The notes beneath the pieces are model-generated. The model did not search any database and was not told the origin of the DNA. It saw only the letters and a list, made by a program, of their open reading frames with translations. From IMG/VR virus record IMGVR_UViG_2767802354_000003, positions 4,685-68,684 of that record: a stretch of DNA of 64,000 bases; one strand, given 5' to 3'. The position numbers were made by a program, and so were the translations under genes. The DNA is from a virus (taxonomy: Duplodnaviria; Caudoviricetes). Positions 55,006 to 64,000 of the stretch are shown piece by piece. The first letter of the stretch is position 1, and every line of letters begins with the position of its first letter.

Positions 55006-56025
55006 GGCGTTGTTGCATAAATCGTTCTCTACCGTCGGGTAGCCTCGAGCGATGAGTCAGTCTCTGCATTCCAAGTCCCGCTATCGCACAAACAACTGGA
55101 AGCAGTACCACGCTGCGCTCAAAGCGCGAGGCGCCTTGACTTTCTGGTTGGACAAGGGTATGTCATGGTTTGCCGCTAGCAGCGGCAAACGCGGGCGTAG
55201 CCCGCAGTTCTCGGATGCAACTATCCAGTTCTGCCTGACCATCAAGAACCTGTTTGGCTTGGCCTTGCGACAGACACCGGCTTTGTGCAATTGCTGTTGG
55301 CTTTGTCTGGACTGCCATGGCCTGTTCCAGACTTCAGTACGCTATGTCGCAGACAACGCAGTCTGGATGTGCAAGTGGCAATCGCCCCAGTTCGTGTGGA
55401 CTGAATTTGCTGCACGCCTGCACGGGCATAAAGTTCCTGGGCGAAGGCGAATGGAAGTGCAAAAGCATGGCGCGGAACGTCGACGTCAACGGCGCAATCT
55501 GCACATCGGCATTGATGCCCAGACGCTGCAGGTGCGAGCCATCTGCGTGACCTCCAACAACGTCGGCGATGCGGTGGTAGTGCCACACTTGTTGGAACAA
55601 CTGCCGGCAGATGAGTCATTGCTGAGCGTTACCGGTTATGGTACCTATGACACACAGCCTGTGTATGCCGCAGTGATGAAGCGCAATGCCATGCCCATCA
55701 TCCCTCCGCGAAAGAATGCCCGGATGCGCAAAGGCGCTGCCTTTGCGCACCGCAATGCGGCGATTGCCGCATGCAGGCGCTTTGGGCGCAAGCTATGGAA
55801 GAGTTGGAGTGGGTATCACCAGCCCAGCCTAGTGGAGACCAAGATGCACTGCATTAAACGCTTGGGCGAGCGGGTCATGTCTAGAACCTTCGAGCGCCAG
55901 GTCAACGAACTACACATCCGAGCCGCCATTCTCAATCGGTTCACTGAACTGGGTTGTCCGCAAACAGTGGTTGTGGCATAGCCACGTGGGAAGCTTGACT
56001 TGGCATTGATTTGTGCAACAGCACC
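55006..56025 (+). mobile_element. IS5-family (IS903-like) element, degenerate
   Basis: Terminal IRs GGCGTTGTTGCATAAATC (55006) and GATTTGTGCAACAGCACC (56008); transposase with internal frameshifts. Confidence 0.85.
55052..55981 (+). pseudogene. IS5-family transposase with compensating frameshifts
   Basis: YRTNNWKQYHAALKARG N-terminus and ETKMHCIKRLG C-terminus; PDFSTLCRRQ and GIKFLGEGEWK motifs are in other frames. Confidence 0.8.
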
Positions 56026-56055
56026 TCTCTGAAGGGGTGTTGTAGCGGTTGCACA

Positions 56056-56646
56056 TCAACCGCCCTCTGCATCCCTGAACTCCGCATCGAGCTCGCGCCA
56101 ATACTTGGCCATGGTCAATCGTGCCTCCTCCATCGACTCTGGTTGCATTGCACGATGAATGCACTCGCTCGGGGACTCATCGACCGGCAGCGCTAGTCGC
56201 GCATACCAGGCACAGCGTTTGATAATCGCGCCCGCATATCGGCGCATCTCTTCCGTGATCCACTCACCTTGCTCTATGAGGCCAGCCTCCGCCGCGAGCG
56301 CATTCAGCACTGCAACCCTGGATCTCGAGCGGCTGCAGCTATCGGCCTGTCTGAACTCCTCCAAGGGCTCAGGCAACATCGCACGCTCGACGTATTCCCT
56401 CGGAGATTCCTCAAGCTCAACAGCCTTGTAGGCATTTCGACAGCAGCGATCAACGATCGCGCCGGCAAACTCGCGCATCTGCTCGGTGATCCACTCGCCT
56501 CGAGGGATGAGGCCGAACTCCGCGGCGAGTGCATTCAGCACCGCCACATTGGATTTCGGCTGCGGCATCAGCGAGGTGTAGAACTCTCGCTCCACATTTC
56601 CAAACTCCCCGTCGTCATCCTTGAAATCATCTTCAGAATCGGTCAT
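56056..56646 (-). CDS. Hypothetical protein with internal tandem domain duplication (196 aa)
   Basis: Two copies of VAVLNALAAE.GLI..GEWITE.MR..AGAI..RC. Confidence 0.7.
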   Translation of the reverse strand: MTDSEDDFKDDDGEFGNVEREFYTSLMPQPKSNVAVLNALAAEFGLIPRGEWITEQMREFAGAIVDRCCRNAYKAVELEESPREYVERAMLPEPLEEFRQADSCSRSRSRVAVLNALAAEAGLIEQGEWITEEMRRYAGAIIKRCAWYARLALPVDESPSECIHRAMQPESMEEARLTMAKYWRELDAEFRDAEGG

Positions 56647-56746
56647 GGGGGACCTCCTTTAACCTGGCCCTCTATTGGACTCCAGATCAGCCTCGCCTTC
56701 AAATTTACTGTGCGAATAAACAGTATTTTTGAAAAAAGGGCTCGAA

Positions 56747-57008
56747 ATGTCATCGACCAACGGATGCCTCCTGCATGTGACCGGACTGGAGCTGGGGGCG
56801 GCGCTTAAGACTCTGCCCATGGCTGGCCGTGAGTCGCCTGCATCGATCACCACCGACATTGACACAATGATGCCGGGGCGCGTGCGCCTGACCTACGCAC
56901 TACACAAATCCAATATGCACCGGTGGGCCACCCAGTACTTCTGGGGGACTGTCCACGCCGAAGTGCTCTCAACGCTCAGCCCTGACGAAGTGAAAGATGA
57001 AATGCTGG
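56747..57008 (+). pseudogene. Hypothetical gene truncated at an IS30 remnant
   Basis: Frame runs into IS30-derived sequence after ...DEMLAG. Confidence 0.4.
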
Positions 57009-57729
57009 CTGGGCGCTCGTTAATGGGCACTGCATCGACGATCCGGCCATGGATCGGCATCTTCTGGGTGTAATGGCGTGAGCGACGCATTCCTCTGGTG
57101 CGCCGCAAGTGCTCCAGAAGCTCCTTCTTCAAGGCCCCGCGTGTTTGGACGAAGAGCGTGCTGTAGATGGCTTCGTGAGACACCTGCATATCCTTTGCGC
57201 CCGGGTAAGTTCGTTTGAGCCATCCTGCTATTTGCTCAGGTGACCATTGACTCTGCAATTTACCCGCCACGATCTGCGCCAACGCAGGATTGCAGGCCAA
57301 CTTGCACGTCTTTGGGCGGTGCGCTCGCTGCCAGGCTGCCTCATCTGCTTTTGTAGCTCGGTAGCAGGTGTTGCCGCCATTGCGCATGAGTTCTCGACTG
57401 ATGGTGGATGCTGCTCGCTTCAAGCGCCTGGCAACGCAGCGGATGGATTCACCTGCGGCCAAGCTGCGCGATATTTCCTCGCGCTCAGCCAGAGCGGCCG
57501 ATGCCTTGCTGGCGGGCGGATGCCCCCTGTCGCACTCAGGGTGTTGTGAATCGAGGTGCGCGGTCGCTCAAACAGCTTGCCGATCTCGTGCAAGCTATCG
57601 CCGGCTTTCAAACGATCCCACATCAGGGCCTTCTGAGCTTCGGTGTAGTAAATCCGCGGTCTTTGCTTCATGCCAGCACTCCATCCGCCAGAGGCAGTCA
57701 TTGTGTTGCATTGACCAGTTGAATCCACA
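57008..57729 (-). mobile_element. IS30-family element remnant (frameshifted, truncated)
   Basis: KQRPRIYY...HTH, STISREL.RN, WSPEQIAG, SHEAIY motifs; ends at INERPA before the DDE core. Confidence 0.85.
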
Positions 57730-58198
57730 GTCGTGAGCAGCCCTCGGTGGCTGGCTGCTATCCGCCAACCTAGGACTGTCGCTGACCGCCACTAAGGCGA
57801 CCTTGCCTGTTTAAATCCAGCGCTTTGCTGCTACCTCTGATGGGCATCCATTGGGCACGCGAGCGCCAATGAGGTTGGCCGATACATAGCTTCCGATTAC
57901 AGCAATCACGAGCTGTACTGCTTGTCCTGCGTACGGAACAAAATGCCATGAAAGATTAAACAGAATAAGCGTAGCCAAGCCAGTAAAAATGCCAAGGACG
58001 AAGCCCTGCTTGTACAAGAAAAGTGTTTGCCCAAGGCAAGGCACTTTCTGCAAAACTTCACCTCGAAGACGTTGCAATAGAGACACGGTCACTCCAGTGA
58101 TATTTGGCATTCATTGTGAAATTCATCCGCAACCGAAGTCAACAACCCAATGACCGCTCATGGCTGGCAGCAGCCAGCCACCGAGGGCTGCTCACGAC
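57730..58198. repeat. Perfect 30-bp inverted repeat flanking one gene
   Basis: GTCGTGAGCAGCCCTCGGTGGCTGGCTGCT at 57730-57759 and its reverse complement at 58169-58198. Confidence 0.9.
57811..58110 (-). CDS. Small two-TM membrane protein (99 aa)
   Basis: Two hydrophobic helices, lower GC. Confidence 0.5.
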   Translation of the reverse strand: MPNITGVTVSLLQRLRGEVLQKVPCLGQTLFLYKQGFVLGIFTGLATLILFNLSWHFVPYAGQAVQLVIAVIGSYVSANLIGARVPNGCPSEVAAKRWI

Positions 58199-58233
58199 CC
58201 TAAGCAGGCAAAAGCAGCCCACTTCGTTAATAG

Positions 58234-58578
58234 TCAATCCAGTGGTCGAAGCATCGCTGCAACGGGAAGCACTCTAGGGGCGTCACCTTCAAATCCACAA
58301 ACCTCTATCCCGCTAAGCAGGCCTCCGCTTTCATATATGAATGCGCCAGCCAATTGATCTTGATCGTTAAAAAGAAAGTCTCCCAAGATATGCACGCCTG
58401 GAGGAGCCGGATTGTGGCCATCCAGCTGAAAGTCAATGCTGGCGCAACCGCATACACAACGCCAAGGCGTAACTTGCAAAGATTCAAGTTGCCCAAGAAA
58501 TGCCTTTGCTTCGGGGACTCCGTTCTCTAGCATCCAGCGAGCCAGCGACATTTCTGCAACCGTTAGAGAGCGATTCAT
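58234..58578 (-). CDS. Hypothetical protein, cassette-like
   Basis: CVCGCASIDF and GIEV motifs; GTTAGAC at 58611-58617 upstream. Confidence 0.65.
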   Translation of the reverse strand: MNRSLTVAEMSLARWMLENGVPEAKAFLGQLESLQVTPWRCVCGCASIDFQLDGHNPAPPGVHILGDFLFNDQDQLAGAFIYESGGLLSGIEVCGFEGDAPRVLPVAAMLRPLD

Positions 58579-58799
58579 TTCTAAGCCATATGGAGAGATC
58601 AACGCATCCAGTCTAACGTTCCCTCGGAACCGTTGTGAGGGAGCAGAGCGACTGCTACTGGCCGAAAGGAGCCTGCCAGGGAGTGACCTCGGTAGCCAGG
58701 GATGATTATCTTCTCAGTCAATCCTTGATCGGAGCTGTTGCCGCTCTGATAGCGCGCATTTGGCACAGATGATCAATGTTGCCGGCACATCCATTTCAA

Positions 58800-59000
58800 C
58801 CGCACCTACAAAAACGGAGGTGCTCGACTGCTATGTCTTTGAATCGTTGCAGAAAGAGCGCTCAATGACCGAGGGCTGGCTGCATCGCTACAACCACCAT
58901 CGCCCACATGAATCGCTAGACCGGACTCCTCCGGTCCCGTATCGTGTCAAACGTTTCCCCAACCTCGGCTTGCAGGTGGCGCGGGGAAACGAGGAGGCTT
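58800..59000 (+). pseudogene. IS3-family transposase C-terminal fragment
   Basis: EVLDCYVFESL...W...YNHHRPHESL integrase-core tail. Confidence 0.7.
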
Positions 59001-59007
59001 CACTGAC

Positions 59008-59874
59008 CTACCGGGGCGCCGCCTTGATCGCAGCATTCAGGGTAGTCCACAGCTCCTTGGTGACGGGCACCATGTCCTGCCTGAAGTACCACCAGAAGTG
59101 ACCGCCCACGTAATTCGGGGTGGTGATCTTCATCGTGTAATAACGGGTCAGGTACTCGGCCTTCTTGGTTTTGCGTGAGGTACCCACCTCCCCAAACCCG
59201 ATCTTGGAATTGGGGAACATCACGCGCAGCTTATCGAACACCTGCTGCCAGTTGGGCTTGAGTCCATTGCAGTCATCCTCGTAGTAGGAAATCCAGACGT
59301 AATCCAGACCCTGCTTCATGTAGGCAGGGACATTGGCCTCGGCCCACTTGAACATTTCATTGGCAGGTTTCGACCAGCAATCTTGGTTGTAGTAGAGCGT
59401 GACCGCAGCCGCCTTGTTCTGTGACTTCACGATGTTGTAGGCGTTGGTCATCTTCGCCACCACATCGGCATTGGCCCCCAGCCACTCGCCGTTGACCTCG
59501 TTGGCTACTTCCCAAATATCCACGACATCCGACAACGCATTGAGGTATTGATTAGTCCGTTGGATGTACGCATCCACGCTGTACTGCTTGACGTAGTACG
59601 AGTCCAATATCTCACCCATCACATAGGAAACTTTGGAGATTTCCACTGCTGGCTTGCGGTAATAGTCCGGGTTGACGAACTCATCGAAGACGATGCGCGT
59701 GGTGGGCCGGTAGGCCAGCGACGATAGGCTGCGCGTGATGTCATTAAGCCTGCTCACATCGTCCACGGTGACGCCGTAGATAGGGGTTGGGACTATGCGG
59801 CCCGAGGGCACGCTGGTCTGAGCAGATACGACGGAGCACAGCGAGGCAATGCACAATGGGATAAACGCTTTCAT
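59008..59874 (-). CDS. Secreted TIM-barrel glycoside-hydrolase-like protein
   Basis: Signal peptide; WEVANEVNGEW (clan GH-A-type NE acid/base) and FGEVGT nucleophile-like motif. Confidence 0.6.
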   Translation of the reverse strand: MKAFIPLCIASLCSVVSAQTSVPSGRIVPTPIYGVTVDDVSRLNDITRSLSSLAYRPTTRIVFDEFVNPDYYRKPAVEISKVSYVMGEILDSYYVKQYSVDAYIQRTNQYLNALSDVVDIWEVANEVNGEWLGANADVVAKMTNAYNIVKSQNKAAAVTLYYNQDCWSKPANEMFKWAEANVPAYMKQGLDYVWISYYEDDCNGLKPNWQQVFDKLRVMFPNSKIGFGEVGTSRKTKKAEYLTRYYTMKITTPNYVGGHFWWYFRQDMVPVTKELWTTLNAAIKAAPR

Positions 59875-60609
59875 GCGGTATCCCCCAATGAAGGGTTCAA
59901 TGAGTTTTTTCACTTGGATCAATATGAATCGAGGCATGACGAGGGTAGGATGTGACTGCTTCTAGCTGGCAGCACCGGCTTAGACCGCCCCTCAGTTGGC
60001 GCTCGATAATTAGCTAAACGGGCGACTTTAGTCCGTGAAGTTTGGCTAACAGTAGCCAAATGAAACGAACACGCTCCATGAGCCTGCACACATATCGAGC
60101 TCGCAGCTACTCGGCCCTTGTTGACGCGCTCAATGCTATGCGGCAGCTACCGGTCAATGAGTTGATTGCCAGAGTTGACTTGATGTTTGGGTAATGTGGG
60201 TGAGCCCTAAACATGAAGCGTTACGTTTGTTGCCTGCGGTATGAGCCGTTTTCAAAATGAGCGCATCGAGGAAAGCGTCATCGCGCGGTCGCCAGGCGCA
60301 TGAGATGAAAGGTGCTTTACGTGGCCGCTTGTCCTTCACTTCTCAGTCCGCTTTGGGCGTTTTCAGCCAAAGGCGTCAAGGTGCACGTGCCACTGGATTA
60401 CGCAGTCCGCTGCGGCCACTCAAGGCTCAATATCTAGCCTGCAGAGAAAAACCTGGATCTGGAGCACCCCAATTGAAATCGCCCTCAACGCCACGGGCGT
60501 GATGATTGCGGTCGATGAGACGGAAATGCCTCTGGTGGAAGGCCACTGACAGGGTGTCAAGCCGTAGCCGCTCCTCTGCTACATTCCCTTTCACAGGAGG
60601 AATGAGAGG

Positions 60610-60966
60610 ATGAAAGCTATTCAGGGCACTGCCGCGCTGCTGGTCGCATTACTCTGTGGACCACATTTGCACGCGCAGCAGATCACCGGGAATGAGCTGC
60701 ATCAATGGCTCTCTGAAACACAAAAATCTCAAGCGGGTATCGCGCTGGACCACCAACAGGTCAGTATTGCGCGCGGGTATGTATTGGGAGTTGCCGAAAC
60801 ACTGGTGTCGTCCAAAGCCATTTGCATACCAGACGGCATCACACGCGACCAAATCTTGGACATCATTCCTATGATGCTTTACGCCAAGCCGCAGCTTAGG
60901 CACATGAATGCCAACTCACTGGTCTCAAGGGCGTTGCAAGATGTCTTCCCTTGCAAGCCAAGATAG
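60610..60966 (+). CDS. Rap1a/Tai-family T6SS amidase immunity protein (orphan)
   Basis: Signal peptide; TGNEL, GYVLGV, ICIPDGIT..Q and ALQDVFPC motifs. Confidence 0.8.
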   Translation: MKAIQGTAALLVALLCGPHLHAQQITGNELHQWLSETQKSQAGIALDHQQVSIARGYVLGVAETLVSSKAICIPDGITRDQILDIIPMMLYAKPQLRHMNANSLVSRALQDVFPCKPR

Positions 60967-61124
60967 ATGGCAACTGCTCTGCTGCATTCCTTGACCAGTT
61001 TGCGTTCGACTGCGTCACGTACTGTAGCTAGATCGCTGCGATCTGGTTGCGGGTATTCGCGGCCCCGGCCAACCCAGCCTGGAGCGCCCGCGTCTCCCGA
61101 ACTCATACCTCCCTCAACACAAGC

Positions 61125-61412
61125 TTAGAAACGGGCGATACGCTTGCCCAGGATCACGGACAGCTCGCACATCACATCGAGTTGGCGACGCATGCGAGAC
61201 TGCTCTTCGGGGTCCAACTGGCGGAACAAGGCATTGCGCAGCATGAACTCATCCAGCTTGGTGATACGAATGTCCGTTTCCTGCTTTTCATCCAGCATGC
61301 GCTGCTGGTGGGGTGACGGCCCACTGGCTCTGGCAGTGCTGCCATTGATGCAGTGCTCCAGCATCGCCTTGGCCTGGCCGAAGTACAGCAGATTCGTGCC
61401 CGTGGGGCTCAT
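61125..61412 (-). CDS. Small helical phage-type protein
   Basis: PHQQRMLDEKQE...KLDEF...EQSRMRRQLDVM..LSVIL..RIARF, resembling crAss001_48-like phage proteins. Confidence 0.55.
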   Translation of the reverse strand: MSPTGTNLLYFGQAKAMLEHCINGSTARASGPSPHQQRMLDEKQETDIRITKLDEFMLRNALFRQLDPEEQSRMRRQLDVMCELSVILGKRIARF

Positions 61413-61966
61413 GCAAGCGTGTAGCGAGCGGGTGAATGTGATGCCACAGTCAGGCGCAAGTCAGCCGGCAGCGGCCAGGACAATAAGCGGCCGACCAATT
61501 GCTCCGTGATCGCAATTTTGCTCATCGGGTTTCCTTGGTTTGGGGGATCACTGGCCAGGCTGCGCGGCACCTTGCTGCATCAACTGCGTGGCCATCAGTT
61601 CGGATTGCCATCTCCGTGTACCGCTGGCAGCACTGTCCGAATATTTTTCCGAGGGCTCGGGCGTACTCGATGAGAGCGGCGGGGGGGGGGAGGCGTCAGC
61701 AAGTCGCTGCTCGGCACTCAGGTGCTGGTGAATGCCCAGCAGCGCCAGCATTGATACGAGAGCTTTTTTCATGCCCAGGAGTTTTCCGGAGCAGAGCTCA
61801 ACGATCGAACCCTGGCGGGGTGCAACGAATATCGATCTATGGCCAGAAGCAATCCTTATCGTTTCTAGACATACCGCAACAATGCGCGGCAAATCAGTTG
61901 GGAATGTAGAACGTCTATCAAGCACCGTGCTAGCCTTGCCTCGATAAGTCTTGAACAAGCCCGAAT

Positions 61967-63382
61967 GTGCTGGAGCCGCCTGCGGTGAACGAACCAGAGC
62001 TATTGCGTGCATCTGTTTCTGCACTCTGCTCTGGTTCTGCCGGCCATCGAGCCAACCGGAGTGCTGTCTTGCGCCGTTCCATTCTTCTTGTCCTTGCTTC
62101 TTTCTTTGTGATTTGGGCAGTGGAGGCTTTTTGGCTCTCACCGTCGCCACCTGGTGACCTGCTGTGGGTGATGCGGCAAGAAGGCATGCTGCTTACCGGC
62201 ATTCTGGCTTTGGGGGCCATGACGGCCATCATGGTTTTAGCCTTACGCCCTCGCTGGGTGGAGTCGCCTTTGGGCGGCATGGATAAGGCATACCGGTTGC
62301 ACAAATGGCTGGGCATCATTGCCATTACGTTGAGCTTGGCGCATTGGCTGGCCAAGCAGTCCAAGCCCCTCATCGCGACGGCTATTGGCAGCACTGGCAG
62401 GCTGGCCAAAGTACCCGTGCCCGAGTGGGTCAGCCTCCTAAAGCCCTATGCCAAAACCTTGGGCGAATGGACCTTTTATGCATTGATCCTGATGCTGGTC
62501 ATTACGCTTGCTCGTCGCTCAGTGCCATACAAGCGCTGGTACTGGTTTCATCGATTCATGCCTCTGGCGTATCTGATATTGGTGTTCCATGGCATTGTGC
62601 TGACTCCTCCTGGCTACTGGAGTGGTGTGGGCGGCTGGCTGCTGGCGTTGACAATGGCCCTCGGCGTCGTCGCCGCCGTGATGCAACTGGTGCGTGACCT
62701 GCGCTCGCGCTATCCCCATGCGGGCACCGTACTGTCATTCACGCAGCTTGGCGATGTGCTGGAGCTGCAGTGCCGTATGGATGATTCCTGGCCGGGCCAT
62801 GCTGCGGGGCAATTCGCCTTTTTGCGCTTGGCAGGGGAGCAAGAGGCGCACCCGTTCACGCTGTCCGATGCCGACCAGCAAGATCATGTCGTGCGCTTTC
62901 ACATCAAACAACTGGGCGACTGGACTCGCAGCCTGCCCAAGCGCCTGCAGCCCGGTATCGTTGTGGAGCTGGACGGTCCTTATGGTCGCTTTGTGCCTCC
63001 GGATCACGACGATGGTGCCGTGCACGTATGGGTTGGCGCCGGCGTTGGCGCGACTCCTTTTCTATCGTGGCTAGGCCAACTACACCATGACGGCCATGCT
63101 CCCCAGGCCTGGCTGCAATACGCATGCCAGCATGCGGTCGACCCCCTTGCTCAAGCGCTGAAAGAGGCTGCTGCGCTTCATCCGGATGTGCATCTGGATA
63201 TCTTTGCCGACGGCCATCGCTGGACGCCCAAAGAGGTGCTTCAACGTTATGGTGCCGACAAGCCACTACGGGTGTGGTTCTGTGGTCCTGCAGCCATGGG
63301 CGAGCAATTAGAGCTGACCCTCAAGCAATCGCTGCCAGCGGATTCCTGGCAACTTCACAGAGAACACTTTGAATTTCGGTGA
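61967..63382 (+). CDS. Ferric-reductase-like transmembrane oxidoreductase with FAD/NAD(P)-binding domains (start uncertain)
   Basis: Heme His motifs LHKWLG and FHRFM..FHG; HPFTL, GDWT, DGPYG, GVGATPF, FCGP, EHFEFR. Confidence 0.88.
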   Translation: MLEPPAVNEPELLRASVSALCSGSAGHRANRSAVLRRSILLVLASFFVIWAVEAFWLSPSPPGDLLWVMRQEGMLLTGILALGAMTAIMVLALRPRWVESPLGGMDKAYRLHKWLGIIAITLSLAHWLAKQSKPLIATAIGSTGRLAKVPVPEWVSLLKPYAKTLGEWTFYALILMLVITLARRSVPYKRWYWFHRFMPLAYLILVFHGIVLTPPGYWSGVGGWLLALTMALGVVAAVMQLVRDLRSRYPHAGTVLSFTQLGDVLELQCRMDDSWPGHAAGQFAFLRLAGEQEAHPFTLSDADQQDHVVRFHIKQLGDWTRSLPKRLQPGIVVELDGPYGRFVPPDHDDGAVHVWVGAGVGATPFLSWLGQLHHDGHAPQAWLQYACQHAVDPLAQALKEAAALHPDVHLDIFADGHRWTPKEVLQRYGADKPLRVWFCGPAAMGEQLELTLKQSLPADSWQLHREHFEFR

Positions 63383-63462
63383 GCACGGTATAAAACTATC
63401 GCGGAAGAAATTCACCAGACCTGCCAGAGCTTTGGCCTGGATTGAATCGTCACCATACGCTC

Positions 63463-63718
63463 CTCACTGATCAAGCGATCCGCTATAGCTCCAGCCAACT
63501 CCGCCAGTGATACCTGCCGAAGCGGACACCTTGCCCCAGGCGCTGGCCACGCACTGCGCCGATGTCGTGAGGCCAATCTTGGCTGCATCCAGGCGCACGG
63601 CATTGCTCTGGATCGCCACATCCGCATTGAGCTTGGCTGTCTGCAGGGCGTAGTTGCATAACTCCAGCTTCGCAGTGCAGCAGGCTTGCCAGATGAGTGA
63701 GTCGAGCTGGGGGCGCAA
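63463..63718 (-). pseudogene. Fragment resembling a phage structural protein C-terminus
   Basis: LQTAKLNADVAIQSNAVRLDAAKIG...ASAWGKVSASAG; no plausible start. Confidence 0.35.
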
Positions 63719-63749
63719 GCGTTAGCGCACCACAAACTGGAAGGTGTAC

Positions 63750-63912
63750 AACGCAGCATTGAAGGCCGAGGCGTGAAGGCCCGAGGCGACTTGACCATCT
63801 GGCTGGACCAGGGCATGCCGTGGTTCGCCCCTCCAAGCGACAAGCGTGGTCGCAATCGCACTTTCTCAGATGCTGCCATCCAGTTTTGTCTGACCATCAA
63901 ATGTCTGTTCGG
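63750..63912 (+). pseudogene. IS5-family transposase N-terminal fragment
   Basis: YNAALKARGDLTIWLD...FSDAAIQFCLTIKCLFG, matching the N-terminus of 55052. Confidence 0.8.
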
Positions 63913-63917
63913 CTATG

Positions 63918-64000
63918 AGCCCGATGACGCGCTCCTGATCGAGGACGCCGAGGACACCCAGGAAACAGAGGCGCTGCGTGACCTCGGTTTCATTGAGTGA
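63918..64000 (+). pseudogene. 3' fragment homologous to the first pL gene (29225-29404)
   Basis: PDDALLIEDAEDTQETEALRDLGFIE vs PDGVLLIEDAEYTQETEALRDLGFID. Confidence 0.8.

Noticed and set aside
61681-61690. G10 homopolymer as a phase-variation switch
   Set aside because: Not within a supported ORF or a recognisable promoter spacer; may be a sequencing artefact
1-64000. Reverse transcriptase systems (DGR, retron, group II intron)
   Set aside because: No RT motifs in any ORF and no template/variable repeat pair in the tail genes seen

Overview
The window has two parts. (1) About 1-44617 is the right-hand portion of an apparently intact lambdoid/HK97-like siphoviral prophage. The host is a high-GC bacterium, probably a betaproteobacterium of the Comamonadaceae (inference). 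On the - strand, reading leftwards from cro (26511), come the replication, Q-like, HNH/terminase, HK97-type head and lambda-type tail genes; the tail-tip region runs off the left edge and no lysis genes are in the window. cI and the early-left arm run rightwards to a convergent xis/int pair and a tRNA-3'-end-like attR. (2) About 44620-64000 is an accessory island: a type I restriction-modification operon (hsdR-hsdM-hsdS) followed by a YaaW/DUF3944-like gene and an unknown gene, then degraded IS5/IS30/IS3 elements, cassette-like single genes, an orphan Rap1a/Tai immunity gene, a ferric-reductase-like gene and remnants of a related phage. The most unusual part is the prophage early-left arm (28.0-39.9 kb). 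It holds a complete integron gene cassette with a 58-bp attC in the lambda rexAB position, and an array of five microprotein genes sharing a Shine-Dalgarno-containing hairpin, three of them also sharing an upstream palindrome. Next comes a ~2-kb nearly ORF-free tract with two triplicated, covarying structured-RNA families, one with an anti-Shine-Dalgarno loop. Last is a duplicated module encoding RRM RNA-binding proteins, with translation initiation factor IF-1 in one copy. Together these suggest a phage-borne post-transcriptional/translation-control island. That joint function is inference and untested. All family assignments come from motif recognition by eye; no database searches were run.
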